From assembly GCA_965203315.1 (NCBI GenBank), contig OZ241857.1:1312001-1376000 (forward strand): a stretch of DNA of 64,000 bases. Direction: 5' to 3'. The translations under genes were made by a program, and so were the position numbers. This stretch comes from Nitrosopumilus sp. (GTDB lineage: Archaea; Thermoproteota; Nitrososphaeria; Nitrososphaerales; Nitrosopumilaceae). The notes beneath the pieces were generated by a model that had not been told where the DNA came from, searched no databases, and saw only the letters and a list, made by a program, of their open reading frames with translations. This document shows, in pieces, positions 28,340 to 38,575 of the stretch; within the stretch, counting starts at the first letter, position 1; each line of letters opens with the position of its first letter.

Positions 28340-29374
28340 TCAACCCTTGTTTATAATCGCAAAGAGTTCGTCGCTCATATGTAGACTATCTCTTATCGGC
28401 GATACTATCTCAACTAGACTGTCTCCTATTGCTCGCTTTAGATCACTTGGATGTAGATCTCTATTGGCAAAGTCTCTTTCGAGATCTAGAAAACTAGTAT
28501 ACGTTATATCTCCTCCAAACTTTTCTGGTCGTTCTATATTTAGCTCGTTAAACTTTGTAAATATTATATTCTCTGCCATTGCCAATAGTGGGTTGTTTTG
28601 TATATCTCCCTCCTCACACCACGCCTTGTTGATCTTGCGGCGTATCTCATCATCAGTGTTGTGAATGAATATACCAGAGTTTGGATCTGATTTGCTCATC
28701 TTTTCTATCTCTTGCTTAGGACTATGGTTCTTTACCAGACCTGGTAATAGTCTGTGATGTACAGCTATTGGAACTTTCCATCCCATCTTTGGGAAAATCT
28801 CTCTAACAAGCATATGGATCTTGCGCTGATCCATCCCTGCATGTGCAATATCTACATCTAGTGAATGTATATCGACTGCTTGCATTGCAGGATAGAATAG
28901 TTTTGCTAGATCGATCTTGTCACTCTCACTTCTTCCCATAATTGTCAATGCACGTAGCGTTCTTGCAAGCGACATATGCTTTGTAAACTCGATTAGATTG
29001 GTCCAATACTCTGTCTTATCTTGGTACAGCTTTGAGCCTAGAACAATATCTGCTGATGGGCAGACCAATTCGAATGCATCTCTGTAATACTGTACAACCT
29101 TGGATATTGTATCCCAACTACCACCTAATTTGTCGTTGATCACTGTGTGCCAATCTGCAAGAAATATTGTGCACTTGACACCAGCTTTGATAAAATCGTT
29201 TACCTTAAACCCAGTACTGATCAAACTACCTAGATGTAAAAATCCAGATATCTCCAATCCGATATAGTGTTTTGGAGACGAGTTTGTCTCAAACAACTTT
29301 ACTAGATCATCATCTGTTACTATCTCTTGTGTGGGTGGACGCTTGACCAGCCTTACCTTCTCATGTACATCCAA
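28340..29374 (-). CDS. tyrS: Tyrosine--tRNA ligase
   Basis: YIG.E.SG..HLG, YP.MQ..D, GMDQRK.H, KMSKS. Confidence 0.96.
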   Translation of the reverse strand: MDVHEKVRLVKRPPTQEIVTDDDLVKLFETNSSPKHYIGLEISGFLHLGSLISTGFKVNDFIKAGVKCTIFLADWHTVINDKLGGSWDTISKVVQYYRDAFELVCPSADIVLGSKLYQDKTEYWTNLIEFTKHMSLARTLRALTIMGRSESDKIDLAKLFYPAMQAVDIHSLDVDIAHAGMDQRKIHMLVREIFPKMGWKVPIAVHHRLLPGLVKNHSPKQEIEKMSKSDPNSGIFIHNTDDEIRRKINKAWCEEGDIQNNPLLAMAENIIFTKFNELNIERPEKFGGDITYTSFLDLERDFANRDLHPSDLKRAIGDSLVEIVSPIRDSLHMSDELFAIINKG

Positions 29375-29475
29375 ACTAGAACAATTCCTCGACTGTAAAC
29401 CTATAAAGCTATTCTCACTCTACCGAGATTCACATCACAACAGTTTAACCATAAACGATAACCACATGATAAACA

Positions 29476-30036
29476 CTAGTCTAATCGCTTTCTCGGTTTT
29501 GTACTTAGATAGAATGCATGACTACTGATTATGAATGTGCATAGAAAGATCTTTGTCGCAAATACTAGATTCCACGGTCGTTCTGGATCTGGATACGCTA
29601 CATACAATCGATCAATATCTGGAACCATTCCATCTATTGTACCAGCCACTATCTGAGCATTTAGAAGTGTAAAGTTGTAGATGACCTCATACAATGTAAT
29701 TATAGAAAAACCCAATAACATGAGTCGAAGTAGGGCCATCCTTGTACCCACTATCTTTTCTCCAGCTGTCCTCTTCCAACCTATCCTTGATACACAGTAC
29801 CATCCAATGATGGTTGAGAAGAATATCCAAGTTGACAGTCTAGCAAAGTTCTCAAATGGGATCTCTGTGTTGTGTATAGCTTCGCCCATGACGTAGATTC
29901 CATTCTCTAACCACTCCTCTGTTGTAATGTATACGCCGTATACAAGTGACGATACCATGATAAACGAACATAGATAAAATATGTACAGGTAGACCTTGTA
30001 CGCTAGATCGGTCTTTTCAAGATGACCTGACTGCAT
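29476..30036 (-). CDS. Conserved integral membrane protein
   Basis: Four hydrophobic segments; PWNLVFATK motif. Confidence 0.7.
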   Translation of the reverse strand: MQSGHLEKTDLAYKVYLYIFYLCSFIMVSSLVYGVYITTEEWLENGIYVMGEAIHNTEIPFENFARLSTWIFFSTIIGWYCVSRIGWKRTAGEKIVGTRMALLRLMLLGFSIITLYEVIYNFTLLNAQIVAGTIDGMVPDIDRLYVAYPDPERPWNLVFATKIFLCTFIISSHAFYLSTKPRKRLD

Positions 30037-30123
30037 TATACGAGATTGCCAAATCTTGAAATATAAAAATTCATGTATGTGACTTTTGTCCAACGAGCAT
30101 TTTGGTGAATGAATAACTAGGAT

Positions 30124-30240
30124 GGATCTTTTCGGTTTATGTGGGATGAACGTTTACAGAAAAAACACTACAAGATTCTACAAGGGAAAATTGTGGAAAA
30201 AGCCTTACGAAATTCCATACCACATAAATCGAAAAGATCC
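30124..30240. mobile_element. MITE family A, copy 2 (117 bp), 8-bp TSD
   Basis: TIR GGATCTTTTCGGTTTATGTGG/CCACATAAATCGAAAAGATCC; TSD ACTAGGAT at 30116-30123 and 30241-30248. Confidence 0.92.
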
Positions 30241-30359
30241 ACTAGGATATGTATAGAAACATCGTTGATCAGAGATGCAATTTTATGCATATTTGTTGTA
30301 GAGTCATACATGATTGATATCTTAGAGAGTTTTATATCTCGATATAGAGTTACAATCTG

Positions 30360-31442
30360 ATGAACATTCCGATCAACATTCCACTGATCAGTAAAGATGA
30401 GATAAGAGCTGTAATGTCTGTCTTGAGAGATGGTACTTTAACATCAGCTGCAAATAGTGGAGGAGAACGTGTAAGGGAATTTGAGGATACAGTATCTTCC
30501 TTTGTAGGATCAAAGTATACCGTTGCTGTAAACTCTGGAACAGCTGCTTTACAAGCAGCATTATATGCTCTTGATATTAAAGCAGGTGATCAAGTGCTAG
30601 TTCCGTCATTTACATTTGTTGCAACAGCAAACGCAGTAATGTCCGTAGGCGCAAAGCCGATATTTGTTGACATACGCAGAGAGAATTATACAATCGACTG
30701 TCAAGATCTGATAAAAAAGATTACCAAAAAGACGCGAGCAATAATCCCTGTACATCTGTACGGTAATATTGCTAATATCGAACAACTAGCAGAAATCTCA
30801 CATGCTCATAACATTCCTATAATCGAAGACGCTGCACAGGCTCTGGGCTCTACATACAAACAGAGACACGCAGGAACATTCTTTGAGATGGGATGCTTTA
30901 GTATGTATCCTGCAAAAGTTATGACTGCGGGTGAAGGAGGCTTTATCACGACAGACAACAAAAGACTCTATCAGAGTCTACGGATGATTCGTAATCATGG
31001 AATGATAAAGGGGTACGACACTAAAGTATTCGGTCTAAATCTAAGACTTGGTGAGATTGGTGCAGCTATAGCCACAGTTCAGATGAAACGTCTCCCAAAG
31101 TTTCTAGTGACACGAAGACGAAATGCCAAATTATTCACAAAACTGCTCTCAGATCTAGACATAACTCTTCCATCACCACGCGAGAACGAAGAACCGAACT
31201 GGTACCTGTACACCATATCATCATCAAAGAGAAACAAGATTCAAAGACACCTAAACAGACTTGGCATTGGCGCAGCACCGTACTATTCTACTCCTGTACA
31301 CAAGACACCATTGTACAGTTCCACTTTGAAACTTGTTGTGACAGATTGGGCAGCAGAACATGTATTGTCACTACCTATTCATCCCAAAGTTACTATACAA
31401 AATGTACAATACATCGCAGATTCTATACATGATGCACTATGA
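30360..31442 (+). CDS. DegT/DnrJ/EryC1/StrS sugar aminotransferase
   Basis: NSGTAAL, TF.ATANA, PVHLYG, IEDAAQA, S.YP.K...GEGG. Confidence 0.93.
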   Translation: MNIPINIPLISKDEIRAVMSVLRDGTLTSAANSGGERVREFEDTVSSFVGSKYTVAVNSGTAALQAALYALDIKAGDQVLVPSFTFVATANAVMSVGAKPIFVDIRRENYTIDCQDLIKKITKKTRAIIPVHLYGNIANIEQLAEISHAHNIPIIEDAAQALGSTYKQRHAGTFFEMGCFSMYPAKVMTAGEGGFITTDNKRLYQSLRMIRNHGMIKGYDTKVFGLNLRLGEIGAAIATVQMKRLPKFLVTRRRNAKLFTKLLSDLDITLPSPRENEEPNWYLYTISSSKRNKIQRHLNRLGIGAAPYYSTPVHKTPLYSSTLKLVVTDWAAEHVLSLPIHPKVTIQNVQYIADSIHDAL

Positions 31443-31915
31443 ATCTCTTGGGCGAGACCATGGGTCATATATGTAAACTACTCTTACCAATATCAGAAGA
31501 GTACTATGTGGGAGATCCAAAATCCACCATTGCGGTATGTACTCTAGCTAGTATCGATCTACTACGTCGATTCAAAGACTCTGATATCATCGATCGAGTT
31601 CATGTTGCAGGTAGACTCTTGTCAGAGAACAAGGGTATCGATAGAATACTCAACTTTGTATACGATACACCACAGATCCAGACGCTTGTAGTATGTGGTA
31701 GTGAGGTTTGGGGTCATCGAGCAGGACACTCTCTATTTGCATTATATCACAATGGAGTCGATACAAATAATCGAATCATTGGGTCTTGTAGCCCAGATCC
31801 ATATCTGACTGTATTGCACAGTCATGTTGCATACTTTCAAACCAGAATACATCTCATAAACATGATACACGAGACAAACTTTGAGTTGATATGCGACAAG
31901 ATCAAGAATCTCTAA
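31439..31915 (+). CDS. Stand-alone MtrA-like (corrinoid-binding) domain protein
   Basis: GDP.S..AVCTL.S, ENKGI, CG.EV.GH.AG.SL..L..NG.D...IIG; no C-terminal TM. Confidence 0.8.
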   Translation: MNLLGETMGHICKLLLPISEEYYVGDPKSTIAVCTLASIDLLRRFKDSDIIDRVHVAGRLLSENKGIDRILNFVYDTPQIQTLVVCGSEVWGHRAGHSLFALYHNGVDTNNRIIGSCSPDPYLTVLHSHVAYFQTRIHLINMIHETNFELICDKIKNL

Positions 31916-32247
31916 TAACCAGTCCTCTGTCGCTCTCTGTTTATTTCATTCTTTCGTGTATACTCGTCTACAATATCATCTGGTGATAATCCGAGCTCTA
32001 GTGATGCTTGGATAACAAAGTGCCAGATATCGATCAATTCCTCTCTTGCTGCCTTGTGATCAAACTCTGTTGGTATCTTCCACCACTTCCAGTTTGTGGT
32101 TCTCTGCAGCTCTATTGCTTCATGAATAATTGCGGTAGATAAAGCAGATACCCTTGATTCAATATCTTTGGGATATCGATCTTGTCTCATCATTGCTGCA
32201 AGTTCACTCTGCATTCTGAATATCTTTTCAAGTCGATCTTGCTTCAT
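31912..32247 (-). CDS. Dimeric (all-alpha) dUTPase
   Basis: E..E, WKWWK, EE.ID.WHF, KN.IN..RQ..GY. Confidence 0.88.
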   Translation of the reverse strand: MKQDRLEKIFRMQSELAAMMRQDRYPKDIESRVSALSTAIIHEAIELQRTTNWKWWKIPTEFDHKAAREELIDIWHFVIQASLELGLSPDDIVDEYTRKNEINRERQRTGY

Positions 32248-32327
32248 TAGTATAGTCTACAATACTATGACATTAAATCTTTTAGGCACCTAGTCCGTGT
32301 CTTCTCTCGTAAGATTGATTACAGATA

Positions 32328-32592
32328 TAGTTAACCCAAATATGTTTCTTTAGTGAAAGATATTACAACACTTGAGAAAAGTCATGAATCAATTATAACT
32401 ACACAACCATGAGTTTGCTTTAAAACAACAACTGGCAAAACCGTTTGATCGATTTACGTCTAGAAACCTCACTTTCATTACAACTTTTGATTAGGAACAC
32501 GCTTGTGCAAAAATTACCGAGAGTATCTATTCGGTAATAATCTCAGCGAAACATGACGCTGTCTTTTCAAAAAGGCACATTTGGGTTAACTG
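32328..32592. mobile_element. Non-autonomous element / IS relic (265 bp) with terminal inverted repeats
   Basis: (T/C)AGTTAACCCAAAT.TG at both ends in inverted orientation; no ORF, no clear TSD. Confidence 0.55.
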
Positions 32593-32641
32593 TTAAAGAG
32601 TATAATCAAGTTTCTATGAGACATAGAATTCTGAATCTCGT

Positions 32642-33550
32642 CTAAAATTTAACCATCTCTTCATATGTCTGAACTCTTTTTGTAACGTCTTGGAGTTTTG
32701 TGTCCAGTATGCCATCTACTCCATACTCTTCTACTGCAAACGATCCCATAACATTTCCATAAACAACTCCACGCTTGATATCTTCAAGTCCAGTACGTCC
32801 TTTACTAGCTAGATATCCTATCATCGCACCCGCAAACGAGTCTCCAGCACCAGTTGGATCTACAACATCTTGTAATGAGAAACCTGCTGCAGGGAATATC
32901 ACATCATCATAAAACATCAACGAACCGTGTTCACCTTTTTTAATAATCACATACTTTGCACCCCACTTTTGCAACTCTTTTGCACACTTTATCAGATTGT
33001 TCTCTCTTGTGAGTAATTTTGCTTCCTCGTCATTTATTACGACGGCATCCACTGACTTTATCATGTTTATTACCGATTGGCGTTTTGTTGTAATCCAAAA
33101 GTCGATCGTATCACACATTGAAAACTTTACATCATCAAACTCTTTAATGATCTCTATATTCTGATCAGGATCATTGTTTGCGAGATAGACAAATTGTGCA
33201 TCTTTGTAACTATCGGGAACGGTTGGCTTAAAGTCGCCTAGTACATTAAGATCAGTTTTTAGTGTGGTCCTAGTGCTTAATGTCTTGTCGTATTCACCAT
33301 CATAATGAAACGTCTTTCCATCTTGTAATACCAATCCATCGAGGTCTAGACGATCCGCCAAGATCTCGTGATACTCTTTCTTAAAGTCCGCTCCAACAAC
33401 TGCTATCAGCCCAGTATCAACAAAGTTACTAGCAGCAATTGCTGCAAATGTAGCGGCTCCGCCCAGTACACTAGAGAGTGTCTTCTTTGGAGTTCGAATT
33501 GTATCCATGGCCACAGAGCCAAAAACTACAAGCAATAATGTGGTGCTCAA
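32642..33550 (-). CDS. PfkB-family carbohydrate/nucleoside kinase
   Basis: GG.A, N..EA, KKGEHG, DPTGAGDSFAG. Confidence 0.92.
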   Translation of the reverse strand: MSTTLLLVVFGSVAMDTIRTPKKTLSSVLGGAATFAAIAASNFVDTGLIAVVGADFKKEYHEILADRLDLDGLVLQDGKTFHYDGEYDKTLSTRTTLKTDLNVLGDFKPTVPDSYKDAQFVYLANNDPDQNIEIIKEFDDVKFSMCDTIDFWITTKRQSVINMIKSVDAVVINDEEAKLLTRENNLIKCAKELQKWGAKYVIIKKGEHGSLMFYDDVIFPAAGFSLQDVVDPTGAGDSFAGAMIGYLASKGRTGLEDIKRGVVYGNVMGSFAVEEYGVDGILDTKLQDVTKRVQTYEEMVKF

Positions 33551-33999
33551 CTATCATCTATAAATTTTCTTGCTTGCTCTGCTGTAGGATAGTACGAGAA
33601 TGGCACCTCGATCGTTGCAATCAATATATCATACTTTGTAGTTCCACTAATCCTCACACGCTGCGCATCTTCATCAGTATCATCATCGATCTTGAAGATT
33701 CCGTTAACAAAACTACTACTTAGTGGAGTTAGTGTAAATGGATCCATTATTCCTTTACCAACCATCTGATCGTCATATTCTACAAAGAACTCTGTCTCAC
33801 CAGCTGTCAATACTAGTAGTGATGGGTTGGTGAACTCTAACTCGATATTATATGTAGTGCCCTGCTCGTCTTGACTAAACAACTCTTTTCTTACAACATC
33901 CACCTGAATACCCTCTGCTGATATGTACTGCGAGTATCCAAATATGGCTATACCCAGCAAGACTATCACTCCTATGCCTGCCTTTCTAGATCTCTCCAT
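33547..33999 (-). CDS. Membrane-anchored LEA_2/WHy-like protein
   Basis: N-terminal TM, F.NPS motif, beta-rich. Confidence 0.6.
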   Translation of the reverse strand: MERSRKAGIGVIVLLGIAIFGYSQYISAEGIQVDVVRKELFSQDEQGTTYNIELEFTNPSLLVLTAGETEFFVEYDDQMVGKGIMDPFTLTPLSSSFVNGIFKIDDDTDEDAQRVRISGTTKYDILIATIEVPFSYYPTAEQARKFIDDS

Positions 34000-34133
34000 G
34001 ATGTGTATTAAATTGACTACCTTTTAAGCTAAAGAAAGCAAAAATACTAATAATTTGTCTAAAAGATTTAATCTAATATTTGATCTGTTTAAAGTAAATA
34101 AAATAAATCACGACTTGATCAATAGATTTCAAG

Positions 34134-34598
34134 TTGGCTAGAATAAAACTCAGACTCGGCGACAACGAGATCGAGGTTGACTCGAGAGACTTTTACATCG
34201 ACAATGATACAGTAGGTACCGTCATCGATAATCTTACGAGCCATCTACCAGATAACAAGGCAAGTCTAGTCCACATATCTGACCCAAAGGCATACTTGCC
34301 AAACCGATCGGCTCTAGCAAGTCTAGATGATGCAGAAGCGTTTGAACCAGAGTTCAGCGAACCCAAATCAATCTCCACCGATGAGATACGATCAAAACTA
34401 CAAATCTTGGAGTCTAGTAGGTTCTTTGATACGCCAAGAACAGTTGGTGAGATTGCTCAACAACTACGTGAATATGGCTGGTCTGCAAATCTACTTGACA
34501 TATCGATTGTATTGGCAAGGATGGCAATGTACAAAGAACTGGCACGACACACTAGCGACGACAAGGTTCAGTACATGATATATCCACTAGTCGTCTAG
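34134..34598 (+). CDS. Hypothetical protein (possible C-terminal wHTH)
   Basis: FF..PRT..EI...L...GW pattern. Confidence 0.6.
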   Translation: MARIKLRLGDNEIEVDSRDFYIDNDTVGTVIDNLTSHLPDNKASLVHISDPKAYLPNRSALASLDDAEAFEPEFSEPKSISTDEIRSKLQILESSRFFDTPRTVGEIAQQLREYGWSANLLDISIVLARMAMYKELARHTSDDKVQYMIYPLVV

Positions 34599-34792
34599 TT
34601 GTAGTTACATGTGTTACATGTCGTAAATGTGGTTCCATCTAGATGATCAAAATGTGTGTCGCAACGATTGCATGTGTGATGCATATCAAAGTATCCATCA
34701 TGTTCAACTTCACCTACTTGATTTGTACGTAGATCGTCGCTCTTGCACTTTATGCAACGACATCCACAATCTATCTTGATATCTTTGACCAA
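34595..34792 (-). CDS. Small Cys/His-rich zinc-binding protein
   Basis: CGCRCIKC...HHTCNRC..HF.HL...CNTC. Confidence 0.75.
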   Translation of the reverse strand: MVKDIKIDCGCRCIKCKSDDLRTNQVGEVEHDGYFDMHHTCNRCDTHFDHLDGTTFTTCNTCNYN

Positions 34793-34825
34793 TAACTTAT
34801 GTATGGTTGATCTATATACAAACTA

Positions 34826-34978
34826 ATGGCAGAGCGCACGATACCGATCGAGATCGACGAACACTTTAAGCTGTTTGGCAAGGAACCTTGGGAGGTTGAT
34901 TATGGCGAGCGCTGTCCTGTATGTGATGTCAGAATCGATGAGTATGGATTCTGTTCATGTGGTTCTAGTGGAGAGTAA
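34826..34978 (+). CDS. 50-aa CPxC zinc-finger microprotein
   Basis: Manual translation MAERTIPIEIDEHFKLFGKEPWEVDYGERCPVCDVRIDEYGFCSCGSSGE; divergent from 34595..34792. Confidence 0.75.
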   Translation: MAERTIPIEIDEHFKLFGKEPWEVDYGERCPVCDVRIDEYGFCSCGSSGE

Positions 34979-35794
34979 TACGTCTAGCTAGTGGAATCAT
35001 CAGAATTATCATAAACCCAACAACCAATGGAATCATCATTGAAAACTCTGGAATAACGGTCGTACCTACCATAACTATCTCGCCTGGCTCAGATGGTTTC
35101 ATATGAACCCAGACATGCGTATCATTTCTATGATCGATCTGCGCAAAGAGTCTCTCTTCGTTTAGGAATACACTATATGGCTCTCCTAGTAGCTCTAATG
35201 GCATCACAATAGTCAGATACTGATCTGCTGTTGAAACGTCAACAGAGATACTCTTTGTCGGCTGTTCAAACACAAAGTCTTCCACCATCAAATGTGTAAT
35301 GATTTCAACATCAAACCGTCTGTCCTCCCATGTTGCATATTTTACAATACTCTTCTCACCTAACGAATACTCTAGTGTGATCTGACATCCATGACATACA
35401 ACTCCATCACTTTCATCCATGTGGATACTACGGCCATTTAGATATACAACTTGGACATCATCTGGAAAACTAAATTTGGTTGTCATTTGATAATGAAACT
35501 CCCAACTCCAATATTCTCTATCTTTTATTATTGCATCTTTTAGTTTATACTCTACGATCAAATTGGTAGTAGACGGTAGTAACAAGATTCTACCATCTCC
35601 AACCATCTCGTATGCCTTTACTTGACCGTCCTCATCTGTAACCGTTATGTTTGTAGGAGTTCCTTTTATGAGATCAAGATGCTGTGGTGTACCAGAACGT
35701 ACAACTGTGTGCTTTACATTAGCGACACCGTCAGAGCTAGTTGCAATCTCCACTCGCAGTTGGTTGGCATCTATTTCAACATCGGCTTGTTGAG

Positions 35795-36799
35795 TGTCTT
35801 AAATGAAAATTATTTCACACTTTCAGAATTTTGATCTGCCCACTTGGGATCTCGTCTAATTTTGGCACTAGCTCGCTTTGCTCTAAACGCCTTGAGAGGT
35901 GTCTCGCCATTTTTCATATCTAGTGCAAAATGTAATCTTCGTTCATTATAGTATCTGATATATTCATCCACACGATCGTAATGTCCCACCTCATTTTCAA
36001 ATGTCCCAAAGAATCTCTCTATCTTACCGTTGGTTTGTGGACGACCCACTCCTGCAAGTATGTGGATAATTTTACGTTTGTGTAGTGCTCTTTCAAAGAT
36101 CGTGAGTTTCTTTTGACCTTTCTTTGGTTTTTTGTTAGACGTAAACTGAGTTCCATGATCAGATAGTATCTGTGCAGGTCTCCCAAATGTCTTGATTGCT
36201 TCATCCAATACAAGTAACGCGTTTTCTGTTGTTGCATGTTCAAAGACTCCAAAGCCTGTAATACATCTAGAAGCGTCGTCTAGGTAGCAAATCAGGTATA
36301 GTTTTCCCCATCTTGGGTCGTCTATTAGGTGCCAGTCTACATGCCACATGGCATTGGAGTATTTACGTTCAAAACGAATCCAATCACGACGTCTTCTCTT
36401 TGCAGGTGCTGGAGATGCTAAACCTTTTGCTTTCATTATTTTTTGTACAGTATCGTAGCTTATTTGCATGTGGGAATTACGAAGTTGTTGCGCAAGACGA
36501 ATTGCACCTTGAGGATCAGTATCGTACGCTTCAACTACCATTTGAATCTCCTTGGCAGTTGGTTCTCGCTTTGGTCTTCCAACCTTGAGTTGTTTTGGAG
36601 CCGAGCCTGTCTTGACATAACGCTCGTATATTTGATATACTCGTCTTGGCGTTACTTTCATTCTGCTTGCTATGATGGAGGAACTGGTGCCTTTCTTTCT
36701 CTCTCGTATTATGTACGCTATCTGCTTCTCATTCAGCTTCATCTACGCTACTGTTTTATTCTACTCTCTTTATATATGAAATAATTTTCATTTAAGACA
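35795..36799 (-). mobile_element. Intact IS481-like element (1005 bp), 15-bp TSD
   Basis: Perfect 23-bp TIR TGTCTTAAATGAAAATTATTTCA; TSD CATCGGCTTGTTGAG at 35780-35794 and 36800-36814. Confidence 0.95.
35810..36742 (-). CDS. IS481-family transposase
   Basis: Close paralogue of 15390..16316; WHVD, DDASR, SDHG.QF, PQTNGKIERF. Confidence 0.95.
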   Translation of the reverse strand: MKLNEKQIAYIIRERKKGTSSSIIASRMKVTPRRVYQIYERYVKTGSAPKQLKVGRPKREPTAKEIQMVVEAYDTDPQGAIRLAQQLRNSHMQISYDTVQKIMKAKGLASPAPAKRRRRDWIRFERKYSNAMWHVDWHLIDDPRWGKLYLICYLDDASRCITGFGVFEHATTENALLVLDEAIKTFGRPAQILSDHGTQFTSNKKPKKGQKKLTIFERALHKRKIIHILAGVGRPQTNGKIERFFGTFENEVGHYDRVDEYIRYYNERRLHFALDMKNGETPLKAFRAKRASAKIRRDPKWADQNSESVK

Positions 36800-36881
36800 C
36801 ATCGGCTTGTTGAGCAAATACATTAAAAGCTGTTAGAGCTATAGATGCAACCAATACTAGTACAACAATATGCGGTATCAT

Positions 36882-37358
36882 CTACTCCACTGTAATATGG
36901 ATCATTGTAGCCTTTTCTAACGGACAATCTTTATCATCTCGCTCTAGATTGACGATCTTGTCTGCTACTTCGATACCATCAACAACCTCGCCAAATACAG
37001 TATACTGTCTATCTAGAAATGTACTATCTGTTGTAACAATAAAGAACTGTGAACCAGCACTATCAGGATCTTGGGCTCTTGCCATCGAGACTATTCCTCT
37101 CAGATGTGATCTAGTGTTAAACTCTGCTTTTATCGTATATCCTGGTCCGCCGGTACCCCACGAACCTCCGTTATCTGTCTTTGTGTTAGGATCGCCACCT
37201 TGTATCATAAAACCAGGAATAACTCTATGGAATAGTGTTCCATCATAGAATCCCTTCTTTACTAGATCTTTAAAGTTTCTAACAGTCTCTGGTGCCAGCT
37301 CGGGTAAGAGTTTAAACGATATGTTACCAAAGTTTGTCTCAATCTTTACTGTGCTCAT
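36882..37358 (-). CDS. Cyclophilin-type peptidyl-prolyl isomerase
   Basis: FHRVIPGFMIQGGDP, SMAR, SAGSQFFI, YTVFG.V. Confidence 0.96.
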   Translation of the reverse strand: MSTVKIETNFGNISFKLLPELAPETVRNFKDLVKKGFYDGTLFHRVIPGFMIQGGDPNTKTDNGGSWGTGGPGYTIKAEFNTRSHLRGIVSMARAQDPDSAGSQFFIVTTDSTFLDRQYTVFGEVVDGIEVADKIVNLERDDKDCPLEKATMIHITVE

Positions 37359-37493
37359 ATGCCGACTCACAGTATGTTATCATAAGAGTCTTTTGCCAAA
37401 TCGGCTTTTAGATACTATCTCTAAATGCCATAGATATTAGTAAAGTCTTACAAAATTATAACGTTATATAGAACAACTAAAGTTTAGAATCTA

Positions 37494-37793
37494 TTGAGCA
37501 GTACAAACCAAAGTACAAACATTAAGAATGCAATCACATCTTATCTTGATCAGGGATTAACCGACAGGACAGATATCTACAACAAAGTTGTTGAGGATCT
37601 TGGTGTGCCAAGACCCACTGTACGAAGAGTCGCACGTGATCTGAGGACAGAGCTACTAGAAAAGATACAACAGTTGGAAGACAATGCAAAAGGTACAGAG
37701 AAGAAACGTGATCGTACTTTAAAGAAAGATCTACAAAACAAGATGGATGTTCTCAAAGCTGGAGTATCTAAGTCTGAAACGAAAAAAGACTAG
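37494..37793 (+). CDS. Small basic hypothetical protein (possible HTH)
   Basis: IY..VV..LGVPRPTVRRV. Confidence 0.65.
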   Translation: MSSTNQSTNIKNAITSYLDQGLTDRTDIYNKVVEDLGVPRPTVRRVARDLRTELLEKIQQLEDNAKGTEKKRDRTLKKDLQNKMDVLKAGVSKSETKKD

Positions 37794-38101
37794 GACTATT
37801 CTTTAAACCCTTTTTTTAATTCAACTAGAGTAAACTCTCGAGTCCATAGATCATTTCATTGTTTGCAATTTTAATTGTTAACGAATAGTTGAGAGTTTTA
37901 CCGATCAGTCACATCCAACTCACTCTTGAATTACCTGTAATAATCACACATGTCAGATAAATGCATAATATCTGAATTTAGCGAATCGATAGTCAAGATC
38001 GTCTCCTAGTCCATATTGCCGAATATGGAACGCATAGTAGTATATACGCAAGCCATGTTCATAGCATTACTGTTATAAACAATAATCTATCCGTATCTTT
38101 T

Positions 38102-38575
38102 ATGGGATATTTAGGAAACCACCTTGCTACTGTAGCAACTGGTGCGTTTGCAGCTGTCCTTACTGCTCTATGGCCTTACTTTGTAGACTTTGCACCGATC
38201 TTGAACTTTGTATTTATAATGGCTGTACCCATAACTTGGTTTCTGACATTTACTTGTTGGATAGCGCAAAAGAGTGCAGACTATATGCATACACACGCTC
38301 CACCATCTAAACATGGCGAAAAAAAAAGCTTGACTAACGCCGAGGTCATTCAAACAACCTCTAGTTCACAGATAACTGTCTATGATATACACAAAGCTCA
38401 AGATGAACTCGTAGCTGAGCTAGATAGCTTGAAAGAGTCTATGAAGATAAAGGATAGTGAGATAGAACGACTCAATCAAGAGATTGCCAATCTACAAACT
38501 CTTGTACAGATCGAGTCACTAAAGACAGAACTCGCAAATCTAAAGATACTTGCATCCAAGACAAAGTCCAAATGA
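38102..38575 (+). CDS. Membrane protein with C-terminal coiled coil
   Basis: Two N-terminal TMs, heptad-rich C-terminus. Confidence 0.7.
   Translation: MGYLGNHLATVATGAFAAVLTALWPYFVDFAPILNFVFIMAVPITWFLTFTCWIAQKSADYMHTHAPPSKHGEKKSLTNAEVIQTTSSSQITVYDIHKAQDELVAELDSLKESMKIKDSEIERLNQEIANLQTLVQIESLKTELANLKILASKTKSK

Larger units (their letters stand above)
34965..36881 (-). pseudogene. PEFG-CTERM-type surface protein gene interrupted by IS481
   Basis: N-terminal signal peptide (36800-36881) rejoins the 34965..35753 frame when the IS plus one TSD is removed; C-terminus VIPEF + TM + RR. Confidence 0.85.

Noticed and set aside
31439-31915. Methanogenesis inferred from the MtrA-like gene
   Set aside because: No other mtr or mcr genes, no membrane anchor, and the context is a thaumarchaeal core genome.
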